A stretch of 64,000 nucleotides of DNA from Lingula anatina (GCA_051362555.1 CM120645.1:5518001-5582000); one strand, 5' to 3'. Positions 1 to 14,500 are shown, numbered from the stretch's first letter. Translations and numbers: made by a program. Notes: generated from the sequence alone by a model not told the origin.

Positions 1-3000
1 ACAGGTTCCACATACTCATATGATGCTCTACGCGATTTATGCGTTTTTATTGGTTCTAAATACTCTTCCGCCTCATCAGACCCAACACTAGAAGTCTCCA
101 CATGGTTAGAGCTGCTTGGGTGATTTATGCCTTCTACCTGCTCATATAAATTGCTGCCATCACTAACAGTGGTATCGCTACGAGACTTGATAAGTTCATA
201 ATCATCATCATCTAGGTAAGAGTAAATGTGCTCACTGCTAGTCTGGGAAATATCTCCAATAGAGTGTCTCCTTGGAGATACTAGTCCTTCGGCCTGCATT
301 CTCTCCAATGTCGTCCTCTTATTTCCTGGGGATGATGGTGTATTTGGAATGTCTCCACAAGGGGGTAGCACATGTGAAGCCTCCTTGTCTTGCAGGTTGC
401 CGGGCAACTTCTTGGGAACAGGAGGAGCTGGTCTTGCTGGTACTAACTTTGGCTTATCTTGGCTGGTGCTTCCACTTGGTGCTTGAAGCCTACTCTTCAT
501 GACCTGTGACAACATATGTTGAGCTTGACTAAATTTACTCTGATTCAAACCAGTTACCACTGATTCATCTTTTTTACCCTCTTTATTTCCTTCTTCTTTT
601 TCTTCTTCTACAGAACTAACGGAACCAGATGCACTTGCTGTTCGGGACTTTGGTAATGGGGATTCAACAAAAAACTGGCTTCTACTGTTACTTCGCCCCC
701 TCTCACTTTTGTGCGAGCCAACACTACTCTGACTAGATGTACGCTCTTTTTTCGAAAAGCTCAGCCTTTCTAGCACACTCATATTGTCTGACTTTCTTGT
801 TTCTTTTTCAGTTTTGGTCACCTGTTGCTTAGCTTTTTTCGCTGGATTGTCTACTTGATTGCCTTTTTCTGGATCCTCTTGTCTGGGAGGTTTTCCTTCC
901 TTAGCCCCATCATTTAGAACGTCCAGAAGGGTCCCCACTGATCTGCTGCGACGACACCTTCGACCATCTTCAACTTTTGAGGAAACATTACTCTCACCAT
1001 CTGGTGCACTCTCATATGAATGTCTTTTCTTGCTGTCTGGTTTTGGAGGACATGGCGGAGGAATCTTAAGTTTACCTTCATTTCCTACAATGTTTGTATC
1101 CTTCTTTTCACATGAATTTGTAGGCAAGATGGGCAATTTTGGTGGAATAGGCTTGAATTCTGCTACATTTTCACCAGAATGTTTAGAAGTTTCTCTACCA
1201 GTCTGATCCAACATATCCTCTTCTTTAGAATCTATGTTCTCCAATGGTGAAGTTTTGTTAGTTGTTGCATCCTGCAGTTTGGTAGCTTTTCTAGATCTTG
1301 GAGGCCTGGAAGGGGAACTGCCATCTTCTGCTGGAGAGTGGTCCTCTTTTAAATCTGAAGATGAAAACATTTTAAGGATGTTCGAAAAATTTGAAGGGCT
1401 CTCTTCTGAAGATTCTGGTTTAACAGTTACTTTTTCCGTTGCATTTGGTGAAGACATTTGACTCTCATTTCCATCTGACTGTTTTGAAACCAAATCATTC
1501 TCCTCATTTCTAATGCCAACACCAGAGGAACTTTTAGGTAAGGATGATGAATCAGTTGTTTCTACTACAGCAGAGTCACTGACATTCAAATTGGGAGGTG
1601 TCTCAGCTAGAAAATCTGGGACAGTTTCCCCCAATTTTGTGTCACCACGTTTCCTTGGCACTGGCCGTGGCTTTAATGCAGGAGACTTGCCACTTGTGCT
1701 GCCATCTGGTGTTCTTACTGCTGGTTTTCCGAGTTGGCTGCCTCCTGTCTCTTTATCCTTCGCTGAACCAAATTCAATGTGAGGTACAGATTGCACTACT
1801 TTTGATATCCTTGGTCTTGGCTTTGGTGTTGGTGAATTTCTGCCCATTGGCACTGGAGAACTACTCCCCGAAGACAATGGCGAATTTAGACCTGATAGTA
1901 CAGGTGATATCCTGCCTGTTGGTATAGGCGAGTTCCTACCTGCTGGTACAGGCGAGTTCTGGACTGTTGGTACAGGGTTAGACTTAAAATGGTGTTCATT
2001 GGCACTATTAGTCTTTATACTGGTTGACGGGTCAGGTGGTTTTGGTTGCCCTACTGGAGCCTGTTTGGGTAAAGGGGGAGGTGGCCTCATTGGTCTAACT
2101 GGAAATAAAAATACAACATGGTTTAACAGTTTGAAAATTGTTTGTTTCTTAAGTGGAATAATTAATAGGTCGTATAAAAAATCAAAGGAAGTTGAATAAA
2201 TAAATAAATAAATACATAAATGGGCATTTGATCCCTCTCTATGTCTCTCACTTTCTTGATTTATCATCAGATGAGTGCTATAATACTTGTAGACAGTTCT
2301 AAATTTTACTGTTATGGTATCTACAGAGTTTCACACCTCAATTCAAATATTTTCACTGAAATAAAATGTGTCAAACTTTTTCCTTTTCAGTGTGACTCAC
2401 ATACTAAACCAACTGATCGGAAACACCATCTGTTGTTCTATTTTGAATGAGGTCACAAGACAGAAAGATATGTCACTACAGACAGTATTACACTTTAGTG
2501 TAGGATATCTCAGGTACAGGCAATGCGATACTTTTATAAGCCCTGATAATCTTTAAAGGCTTAGGTAATGTGTTTTTTTTTCAATAACAATGACAAGAGC
2601 AGTAGTTTTGTGTAATGGTGGCGTGCACGGTTTTGTTCACAGATGACTCAGAGAATGATCTGGGAGAACTGAAACTGGTGCTAATCCACTGTGTACAGAA
2701 ATATCTAAACCCTGATTCATTGTAATTTAGAAAAAAAACTTGAAAAATCAACACTCACCAAGAGAAAAAGAGCAAATGAATGACATTCATAGTAAATACA
2801 AAACCATAAATTAATGAAATAATTTTAAAATAATCATGAGCAAAAGATAGTTTATGTACTGTCCTTATAATAAATTATTCAGCTAATGACATCTCATATG
2901 TTGTTGTTGGATAGATCATTACCAGTATTTCAAATCCAGAGGGCAAGTAAAATTTGAAGATTGACATATGAGGAAAAGCTGTTAGAAGAAGATGCCTTTA

Positions 3001-6000
3001 AGAAGCCAGCTTCTGATAATAAGTTGTTACATACTGTTATTTACTTACAGATGAAAATGATTCATTGATGTGCAAACTGTAGCACACAAACAAAAACAAA
3101 TAATGAAAATATGGCAGATACACAAATAAAGAATTTCTCAACAAAAAAAAAAAAAAAAAAAAAAAAAAAAGAAAGAAAGAAAAGAAAAAACCCAAGCTGA
3201 AGAGAAAACATCTATTATCCATTTGAAAAAGTAAACAGTCACAAAATTATGCAGGTAATTAAAATTACGTACATTAATAAACATACATACAATATTTTGC
3301 ACCCCCCAGCCCCAGAAAAAAAAAATCATATTATAAATATTTAACAGTTTTAAGTATGTAAAACCAATACAGTAACTGTCCTTTAAGGCCTTGAGAAACA
3401 TGTCACAAGCACAATCCACAAAGCACTAACTCACATGATTTTGTTTCTTTGGGCTTCTGAAGCTGTGTTCATATAAAGTCTTGCTTACTAATAGGTCATA
3501 AAAGGACTTACTGACATAAACAAATGCCAAAATTGTTCAAAAGGTCTTCAATTATGTTAAATATATACAATGTCAAATTTTAATAAACACCTTTTGTCCT
3601 AAGAGGACAATAAAGTCAGAATATCAAACACATTTGATTTTTATTAAGACCACTTCTAATATCCTTAAGGACATTAGGATGTTGACAACATGTCATAAAG
3701 AATTCACAACTTGAAGGTACTACAGACACATCACATGATTTTGTTTCTTCAGGCTTTTGAACCCATGTCCACATAAAATATTACCTTGACTGTTAAAGAC
3801 TTACTGACATAAATTAATGCTAGTAATCTGGTTAGTTAATAATAATTTTCTGTCTGTACAAGTTAGTCGTTATACTAATAAGAACACAGCCTCCTCCAGT
3901 CACATCCCCTGGGCCTTTGTATCGACGATACCTAATTAGTACCTCAAATCAGGTGTTATGGGTCACAAGGAAACAAATGAGACAGACATTATCAATTTTT
4001 ATATTAAAAAGATAACAACTGTTCGTTTTGGTAAAAAAAAAATTTCCTGATGTAAACAATGATTTCCCAATACTTAACAATGGTTAATGAATTCATTCCA
4101 ACATTCAATGTTAGTCCATGTTTTTTTTTTTTTTTTTTTTTTTTGTAATTATCTCTTAATCTAGTAGGAGCAGTTGTTTTTCCTTAAACAATAGTTTTTC
4201 CGGGGAACAATTTGGAATATTAATATTCATCAACTTCAAACCTCTATATCCACAGGGACTGAGTTAACCCCTACTTTGCCAAAACAACAAGAGACCAATA
4301 CAAAGAAAGACGGACTCCATTCTTATGTAAAGTTAAGAAATACAGTTCAAAATACAAGTTAAATATTGTTCAGTTCCCATGTCTGATGATATATCCACAG
4401 GGTACGGGTATGCTACAAGTGGGTATACATGTAATTAGCATGTCATAGCAGGTCACGTTAGGACTTTCTTAAGTTTATATACTTAAAGGGATAATGCAGA
4501 TCAAATTTCCATACAATGGTCATTGTTATCGTTAACTTGTCCTATTACTCTGAGTTGCATTAACTAGAAGCAATGGGTTGGACAAAGTAATCCTGAAGAT
4601 GATCCCCCTACACTAAAAAAACAACATAAGGCAACCCTGGGTCTCAGAGATGACAAGAAATTAACGCTTTCTACCAATTCACAATACAAAATTTTATCAT
4701 ATTTAGTTATAAGTCTAACACACTGAAGATACTGTTAGAATAATACAAGGATTTTTTATTCCAAGAACATGCAAATATACCTTCTAAATAGATAAAAATC
4801 TAAACACAACAGACCTGCAACAATTTAACATCAGCCTCATGTTTCATGCCATCATGCATGCTAGTCCAGCCAGAGTGTTATTCTTCCATAGAAGGAATCA
4901 TATGGCATAATACAGACAATGCACTTCATATTCCTGGTCTGAGTTACTCATCACCAATAAGAGCATGACAATACCAAGTGGCTTCTAAAAACCACATGAC
5001 AGCCAGTAAATGTACATGTATAAATTTAGATTCAGACATGAGGGTGGAAATAGTGAGCTAGTCTGTGCAAACTCCATGCGCAGACAGAGCACTCTGAAAG
5101 AAATATGGCTTAACAGATGTAGCAATTTTTATAAAGATATGCTAGTAATGAGTCGATATGTGCTCAAAATGGGCAGCTTCTGGAATTTATCTTGGAAAAG
5201 AGTAGAAAACTTAAGATCTTATAACTTATAAATTCTAGAATATTCATGATTGTAATCATATTTATGATTATGTATAGTGTCAGCTATCGGGGGGGGGGGG
5301 GGGGAGAAAACAACCAAATGAACACAAACTGTTTTAATCAATGAAATTTTTTAATTGCATTACAAAAATATTAATATCATATTCTAAGTACATCAATTCC
5401 CATTCGATTTTATCTAAAAATGCAACCGTTGTCAAATCACTAAAATTATTATCAAATAAGACTGTTATGAAATAACTTACTCTTCTGTTGGCCGCTCTCT
5501 CCACCCTGATTTGTCTTGTTGTGAACCATTGGTTTCACATGGGCGACAGGTAACCCATTCGTAGTCACAGACGTCTCTGGTGGCCTGAAATTTTACAGCA
5601 GAGGTCTTCTGCTTAATCTATGGATTAAATTTATGTTAATAAATTCAAAACGGGGGACGCATGCCTCATGAACATCAACTATCTGCCAGCAGCTAGATTT
5701 TAATCAGCTTGCCTGAAGCAAAAGAAAAATGCTCGATTGGATTTTAAAATTTGGTCGTGGCTTTGGCTTTTTTTTTTTCATTTTTTGACAAATCATCAGT
5801 TATCTTGTAAAAGAGAAATGATGCTGTAATTGTAAAGATTTAGCGATGGCATATTCTGACTCTCACTTGGCATCCGTTAAAGGAAATCACCAGATTTTGT
5901 AATGACTGGAAAGTACTCAATAATAATGACAAACCATATTGTATAATTATAGTTTTTGTGAAATGCAACTTTTAAAGATTCAAAATTTCATCCATAATGC

Positions 6001-8577
6001 AGAATGAATACCATTCCTTAATTCAACAAAATTTTGCAGGATCAGTAATGTAACATATAAATCAGTCAATAAGCAGTGACAGTGACTTACTTGACAGGTG
6101 TCTTCAGTTTGGGTTTGGGACGAAGCGGTGGACGAGAAACACCACCTGAAATGTAAAGAGAACATTTAGTTAATTTTTTTCATTCATTTTCAACAGTTCT
6201 CTGGAATTCGAAAGCACAGGGTGCACTGTATTTCTTCCAATATCACAATTTTATTTGAAGTACATTAATTAAATTTGTTGTATTAACAACTTGCAATAAA
6301 TTATCAACATGACAAGTCATTGAATCAGATGTGAACAAGACTGTGTTGATCATGAAGTGTCTAAACAGTATGCCTCATAGGTGTAGAGAAACATGTGAAG
6401 TCTCTTTATAAACAATATAATAGTTAGTTAAACATCTAATTTAGTTAACTGTAGCAACGAAGTTTGTTTTAGAAATGAGATTTGAGAGGACATGTACTAG
6501 CACAAATGTAAATTAAACCTCATAATAGTTGTAAGAGACTAGTACCGTAACTGTAATAATTTGTTTGGGCTTAATTCCAATTTCCTTTAGAAAAAATGTT
6601 TGGATACAGTCTTTAGAAGCTGATGTTGTTCAACATGAGGTACATACAGAAAATACAAACAAAACTTATTTTTATTGAGCATTTCCTGCCAACAATTCAC
6701 TCACTGTAACTTCAAAGTACAATATTTAATGACTTTTCAGCTGGCCTGCACGCATACACACTGTTACACATATAACACTTACTAGTACACACGCACAAAA
6801 AAAAAAAAAAAATGGAAGGATATACATGCTTATACAGATATATATATTATATTGTGTTCACTGGGTTAACATACTAGTACACTTTCAGATATTTAAATTC
6901 CACTTCCAAATTATATTTGACAAACCCAAAAAATCTGCCTTTGATCATATAAGGGTTTCGTACAGAAAAAAAAAGGAAAAAGAAACAATGCAGTTGTTCT
7001 GTCACAGAACTACTAGTAGATGAGCTTGTGTCATAAACTATATTCACAGTTGATAAAAAAAATCAATTACCATTCTATTCTAAGCCAGATAATCTGCTTA
7101 CAGGTAAAAATGCATCGCCTGGGGGCATGTGATTTTACAGCTTCCGATAAATGTAATCACGCTCATTTACAGCAGTATCTAAAACACTAATGCTTTGGTT
7201 CCCATCTTTTTGGGTAGATTGAAATGGGATATCTGTCAGTTCTGACAAATGTTGGACATTAAATTACAGCAAAAATTTGGATCAGTGAGGCACAGGGACA
7301 ATCCACATCAGATAATTACCAGAATTAAAGTTGTCATTAAACTTGGCAGGACAATCATTAAATGAAGTTTAACACAGACCATTTTGTAAATGAGTCTAGC
7401 TTTGCCTGTGAAACATTGTCTGTCCACAAGTGTCAAAGCTGTTCGGGACTTATGACCCTTTGGGAGGGACTTCGCAGTCAGGAAAAAATTAACTTTTCCA
7501 TAGCAGACAAGTAATTGTATATAGTGGCCATTAAATGAACAAATTTATATAATTTTACACACTCAGCTTACTAGTACCCAAATTTAATTTTCTTTAGGCA
7601 AAATACAAATACTAGTAAACAGTCCATTCCCATAAACACAAATTTGTGAAAATCGAAATGTTAGATATTAATTACATACAAATACACAAAAATTAGTTTG
7701 AATTTTTGGATACAGTGAGACATCAGGTGACAGATTATTCACCAATGAAGGCTTCCTAAGTCTGAGGGTTGGTGACGTCTCTCCTTGTAATTTGACTTCC
7801 CTTACTGTATTTTTATAAAAATAAAAATCCCTTTCTGTTGTACCTTTATGGGTACTAGTAAACCAGTTCGTTCACCAAAGCAACCTATCAAAGGACTAAT
7901 TCCAAACATACAAATCCCTGGGTTATGATATTTAGTAATGACTACAAAATCGATCATTTGCACAGCACGTTTTTTGTTTAAATATCATTTGAACAAAGTT
8001 TATGACATAACGCCATGCAAATGAAGCCATTCTTGTTTTCATACTTGTTTGTGCACAATTTTATCATTATCAAATCACAATAGAGATTATATCAGTTTCA
8101 GGCACCCACTCTTCCTCCTTATCTAATCACTGTACTCAACTGAAATATAACCTCTAGATATCCATATATTTATACATACACTTACACACATACAAATTTA
8201 ATATCCCAACCCAAAGGATTCTGGGGATTTAGACAGACCACCATTTTGGCCACGAAGAGGTCTGTTCTGAATCTTAAAATTTGATTTAGATTCTATGAGC
8301 ACTTTTTGCAGTTAAAAGGTCTACTTTTCCAGAAAATAATCTCTCTTCAATGAAACTGCTTGCTGCCGGCCTAATAATACTACTTAATGGGTCATACAAT
8401 GAAAGATAAGAGAAAACCTGCTGACAATGTTCAGAAATAGAGGTTTACTGAAATGGAAAGAGGCCCCTGGGAGGGAAATTATGTTCTTTCTTCATATATT
8501 TCCTATAAATGCTGTAGACAGTTAGTAAAGTCAATTAAAATATGTTCAATACATCGTGCTCTCCCCCCTCCCACCCC

Positions 8578-8632
<55 letters not shown>

Positions 8633-9242
8633 CTCTCAAAAACACAGGACAATATTGCATGAAAATGTGAACAGCAGACCCCTCAACAATGTCAAATTCA
8701 TGGAAACTATATATCATGTTCAGGTGAATTACCTCAGTATTTGAAGATATTGATAAAACAACAATGGTATATTATGCTGGAGGATGGTGTATTCTATAGA
8801 AGGTTTATCAAATGCTATAGCAACTGTAACCTTTGTTAGACAACTTTGAAAAAGTGGACCAAATTTCGTTGATCACTATCATCTAGTTCAAAAACAGCAA
8901 ATAAATGTCAAAGTTAAAAACATGACACGTTATGAGTGCAATCTGTTGAAACTTGATATCATGACAATAGAAAGCTAGAGGGGACTTAATTTGTGACAAG
9001 CGCCTAATATCACTACATAGCACCACTGTCAAAGCGTCACCATGATCAGCTGATGAGATCCACATACTATATTGTCGAGATCAGGGGTTCAAATCTCACA
9101 CAAATCTCATTGACTGCACTAAATGTCAAATACTGTGGGAAAAATTCTCAATTAGTAGAATTACACTACCATTCACAATTAAAATTTCAATTTTTTTACA
9201 AACAATTAATAACTCCTCACCGTCTGATTTTGTGCTCTGCAT
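1..9242 (-). CDS. 5' part of a multi-exon gene for a Pro/Ser-rich, largely disordered protein (signalling adaptor/GEF-like N-terminus; family not identified). Exons ~9242-9221, 6145-6091, 5584-5481, 2098-<1; continues beyond the left edge
   Basis: GT-AG exons join in consistent phase (MQSTKSDG|GVSRPPLRPKPKLKTPVK|PPETSVTTNG...QQKI|RPMRPPPPLPKQAP...). The large exon is in the same frame at both ends and ends ...EEYLEPIK...SYEYVEP at the window edge. The first coding exon and start codon are uncertain because the frame stays open upstream of 9242. Confidence 0.75.
8579..8628. repeat. (CA)n microsatellite
   Basis: Perfect dinucleotide run. Confidence 0.95.
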
Positions 9243-10027
9243 TATCTTGGCTTCTTGTATTCCACTTGACGACGCTACATTATCTAATCTACTGAGGTTT
9301 TTTATTCCAATTATTACATCTTGTGGCTGTAGAGGCTGGCACGCGGAAGATCAAAACTTCGCTTACTTACTGATTATTCGTCTGAATATCTGACTCACTC
9401 GAGAGGATTAGATTTCCGGATGTTGTGTAGCTCTTCTGAAATGAAGGTGCAAAATTGCAGGCACCTGTTGCCAGCGGGTACGTCCACGCGCTCTCCTGTC
9501 AAATTTGATTAGTTAACGAATGACAACAAGAAAAGCATTTAATCCACCTTAAACTGAAAAGAACATAAAAGAAATAAATAAAAGGCATTTCGAAATAAGT
9601 TGAGTAATTTTAATAGCTGTGCATCAAAAGTGTAATTATTAGTTAATTTTCACAACTTTTTACAGCCAAAGACCATCCAACTGTGATCATCTTTTAAAAT
9701 ATTTTACAAATTTTGACGTTTCTTCCCCATATTGTAAAAAAAAGTTTTACAAAAAGCCAATTCAATTTTCGTTCTGTGACATCAAGTTCTGACAGAATCC
9801 ATTTTAACAAATGTCTTGCATAGCAAATAAAGAATAAACATTTAAGTAAAAAACACACCAAGACAATACATTTTACATTTCATTTATTATCACAATAAAC
9901 TTTAAAAATTGAGATTAAATCTGGTTTCCACGAGAGGAAAGCAATCTTCACATTAATGTCTCATTTTAATTTTTTGCTTTAAAAACTACAATTAATATCT
10001 TATTAATAGATTTCTTTTTAAATGCAC

Positions 10028-10061
<34 letters not shown>

Positions 10062-10928
10062 TAAACATTGACTTCATTCACAGCTATAAATACAATTTAA
10101 AATATCTATCAAATGCACAAAACTGGCAGGAAAAATACGTCAGAGAGGATGCTTGTTTGAACATTCAGAACTGGATACCATATTTTACAAATGACAACAG
10201 CTCTGAGACAACTGTGATAATTAAATCAGAAAACAATAGTAACTAATCTCATATATCAGCTGCTTATTATAATAACTACTAAAGGCATGTACCCATATAA
10301 AAACGCGAAGCACATAATAAATGCATTTCACTAGGACAAACTAAGTGTGACTTGCTTCACCTTCCTCAACCAAGTAATTCAATTTCACTGTTTTAAAGAA
10401 GTTAAAACATATACTTATTTAAAACTAATTGACAAATCCATAGCCTTTTCTCTTACCATGCAATAACAGCCTGCTTAAAATATCAATCAATATAGTTTTA
10501 TCCAATGTGGACTTGAAAATAAAATTCACTAGGTGTATTCTACTTAAGTGAACTTAAAAATATTCTCTGTTAGTTGGACAGTTTATACAGTGATATGATA
10601 TCAACTGAATAAAATATTTTTGAAAGCACAGAAAAAAAACAGTAACTTGCTAGCAAACAATATTTAACATCTGCTTTTATTGCACTCAACTCATGGGATG
10701 AATTAAACAAACTTGACCTAATTCACTTTTCAGACCCTTTAAACAACCATTTTCATGCACTTCAAACACATAAATACTTAAACAATAAAATCTGTCAGTT
10801 TTAAATTCATTTGGCAATATGTTCATTGTTGATCCCCTGTAAGTTCAGTTTTCTTATGGAATTGGGTGTATCCATATATCCGAGCATCCACTACTTGTAA
10901 CTGATCTTAGGACCACAAATATATATAT

Positions 10929-10931
<3 letters not shown>

Positions 10932-10964
<33 letters not shown>
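10932..10964. repeat. (GA)n microsatellite
   Basis: Perfect dinucleotide run. Confidence 0.95.
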
Positions 10965-10966
<2 letters not shown>

Positions 10967-11532
10967 TTGTGGTCCTAAGTTCAGTTACAAGTATCTTGAA
11001 ATTAAACTGGGATTGCATGGAAAGGGGGGGGGGGCTTTACAGCTGAAGTTTCTTTCTTTTTTTTTCAATCTTTTATCACAGGCATATCAGTAGAATGTGA
11101 ATGTGAAAACTTAACTTCACATTCCAATTCCATATCTATAGCTTTTTTTCATTTAATCTGCACAACTCTCAAGACCAGCCTTTCTCACCTTCATGGAGTA
11201 TAGAAAATGACCATGTCTGATCTTTTGAATATTTCTATCTCCTTTTAATTATGAACTATGATTTATTTCTACTGCCCCTATGGAGTCTTCACTTGCACAC
11301 AGTTCTTTTATGGTGAACAGAGTTTTGACCGTCTCCTTGGATTTGTAGGATGTCACTTTATCTTGTTGTGTCAGTTATGTTGTTTAAATCTTATAATTTA
11401 AATCTTATAATTCCTCACACACAAATGCCATGGGTACTCATTGCCTTTGCTTCACAGCTGTGATGCTGAAGCTCAACAAATATCACAACCTATCTGTATT
11501 CTAGTTTAGCGCAACAATCCCCAACATAAACA

Positions 11533-14500
11533 TCAGTGATCCTCATCGGAAGAAAAAAATCCAGAGGTTTCTTCATGTGGTTGGATGCTGAATCTGAGCT
11601 TCATACTGTTCTTATAGGCCTGTCTTGCAAGACTTCTGATTTTCCGGCTAAAACTTTCGGGACTTTCCACCTCTGTGAGGGGGTTTGTACCTGAACTAAG
11701 GTGTCCTCTAGGACGCAGGTTGTAGTGCATAGTTGTACTAGGAATGGTATTCTGAAAGATAGTAGTAAGACAGTAGGAAATGTAAGGAATATATCCACAA
11801 AATGCTAATCTGGACACTGAAAAAATTTCTTAAGAAATAATCTGACAGTATCTGAAAAGTTAAAAATCAATAAATTCTTTATGTCTGAATTAATTAGTAG
11901 ACAAATTAATGAAGAAACAAACACATGGACAACAACCAAAAGAAGAAACAAACAACATTTATTACAAAAACATCATTCTAGAAATTTCAATTAATAAATA
12001 CATGGATGGCAATTGTACTTGTATCTATCCAGATAGGTAAACATTTTAAAATTCACCTATCAAAACAATCAAATCACAGATAAAATTTTTGAAAGTTCTG
12101 AAGCAAATTTTGATGAGTACATAATGGAAGTGTATATAATAAGACTATGATACTACAAATTGTTTCTGAAAACTAATTTAAAAGTAAGGACATGGAGTAC
12201 AGCAGAGGGTCTGAACCCTGTAAGTGCACTGCCACTATATTTCAGGTAAATCCTTTGTTAACACGACACAATGCCTGCAGGCAATTATCTAATTACTGTC
12301 CTCAGTGACCTCAGCTAAGGTCAAACGTGTCTGGACTGGTCAAGGAAGTGGTCAGTATTGGACCTGTCTAGACATGACCAAGTTCACCCCAGTCAGGTCA
12401 TGTTTACACAAAGACCATTTGGAAGCTGAAAGGCTTTTATGTGAGAGGGGAAACAAGGCACATGCCACCATGGTAAGTTAAAGTAGTTTGTGTCAATGAA
12501 ATTGCTGTAAGGTTAATCTGGTGGCTGCATTAATTGGTTCATCTACTTGTTTATTTTTTAAAATAATCTTGATACTAGTAACAAAACATGAGGTTGGGTT
12601 TTGGAAAATGTCTCAAAATATTTATGGTTGGTCTAGACCTAACGCATGACCTTGACAATTCTCTGGACCATCAGAATTGAATTAAAATCACAGAATTACC
12701 ACGGAGGAGAAACTTGTGTTTCATTAATATACATTTCCTTAAAATGGCAGCAACAACTTACTGTAAGTGATCTCCTGCCTTGAATAGCTGATTTGGGAGG
12801 CCTTCCTCTTCTTCTACTCGGGGCTGTAAATATAACACAGGTATTTGTAGTCTCCCGAGTCCTAACTAATATCATTATACCTTCCCCAGGGGTTGAGCCA
12901 AGATTTTGAAAAAGGCTGCCCAAATTACCTCAATTATAGTAAGGAGAGGGGGGGGGGGGGGGGTTAAAATAGACCAAGAACAGATGTAAGTTCTTAAAAT
13001 ACTGAACATGAAAATAATATTAAACACTAAACATAGTATATCTATTAAGGATATTTAATAAGCTTCATCTCATCTTGCATATAACATTCTTATACTTTTA
13101 CAAACACTTCAGATGGTGCCCTCATTGTTGAACAGCTGATACTTACAGGCTGAACTGGTGGAGACATCTGGTGTTGTTTCTCTAAACATCTCTCTGAATG
13201 GAGACTCCCGCATGAGATCCTGTAGTTCCTGTCTAAGCAATGGAGTGCTCTCTCTACTCTGTCTTGATAGTGAACTGTAGTAGCTGTCAGTGTCAGAATC
13301 ACTGAAGTTATCCTGGTCAACATCATCTGGGGTGAAGGTGCGATCCGTGGCCGTGGTTACAGTGGAGTCTGTGTCTGAGTCTGAATCCGAGTCGTAACCT
13401 GCAAAATCACACAACACAGGTTTCTTCATCAAAACGATAAATTGCTAGTTCAGTGGAAAAACGTCAAAAGATGCAGATTTTTGATAGTCTTGAAAATACA
13501 AAGACTAACATCTACTTATTAACCCAGAATTAAAATGATGATTTTAAGTTATAAGGGCATGCTCATTGCACTTGCTGTCAAGTAAACTCTGACATACAGC
13601 TGATTTTCACTCTATCATGACTTCCTTTACTAGTAAAATCAGATGTGGTAGCTTTCAGCAACAGCCAAATTGAATGTATTAAATCAAAATTTGTAAATTC
13701 AAAGTATTTCATGCCTCCCAGCTGCCCCAAACTGTTCGATGAACTGCTGCTCAAAAATATCCCTCCAGAACTGATCACAGATGGCGCTGAGGTCACAGCT
13801 ACTGGGTTCACTGATGATGACATCACACCCCCTGTTGAATTAACTGACGTTACAACAGATCCTAATGAAGAGTGAGGAGACTGGAGAGCTGGCAGTGGGC
13901 TGTCATTATAATCAAAGCCTATGTGGTTAGTGGGACCTGCCAAAATGAAATAATAGTATTATTAGCTTCACAAATCTCAGGTGAAATTTTCATTTTCAGT
14001 TCAGTACAAATCGGCTTCATTGGAAATTCATTAACATTTATCTTGATAACTATCTTTACGTTTTTTTAGATCTCAGTTCAGTCCTACCCTAAGCTCCTCT
14101 TAATTCAAATCTATACATGTAAATTCAGGATACAGGATATTTAAAAGCATTTACCAGGGTGCAGATGCACTGGAGATACTAGCAAGTACTTTATTTGCAC
14201 CCTGGTAACCTTGACTAATGATTTACCTTAAGAGCAAAGAATCTCAATAAGTAAATAATCTCTTTTAGGGCATATCTACATGATAATTAAATTATATAAG
14301 TCATAAATCTACAGTTCTAACCATGATGCCTTATGTTTAAAATACCAATATACATACTCAGAGTTTGAACAAAGTGCTTTAAATCAGAATTCTGTTTCTT
14401 TATTTCCAGTAGGAGTTGGTTGTTGATCTTGTTGTAGTCCCTGTACCTATACCAGCACACACCAAGGATGCCCAGAGCAGCAGTGCAAAAGATTTTCCGA

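Noticed and set aside
226-2199. Several plus-strand ORFs of 66-115 aa
   Set aside because: They are antisense shadows of the long minus-strand exon and have no motifs of their own
3380-3830. ~300-bp diverged intronic duplication
   Set aside because: An ordinary local duplication with no coding or structural signal
9040-9115. B-box-like GGTTCAAATC (tRNA or SINE head)
   Set aside because: No cloverleaf, no convincing A box, and no second copy in the window
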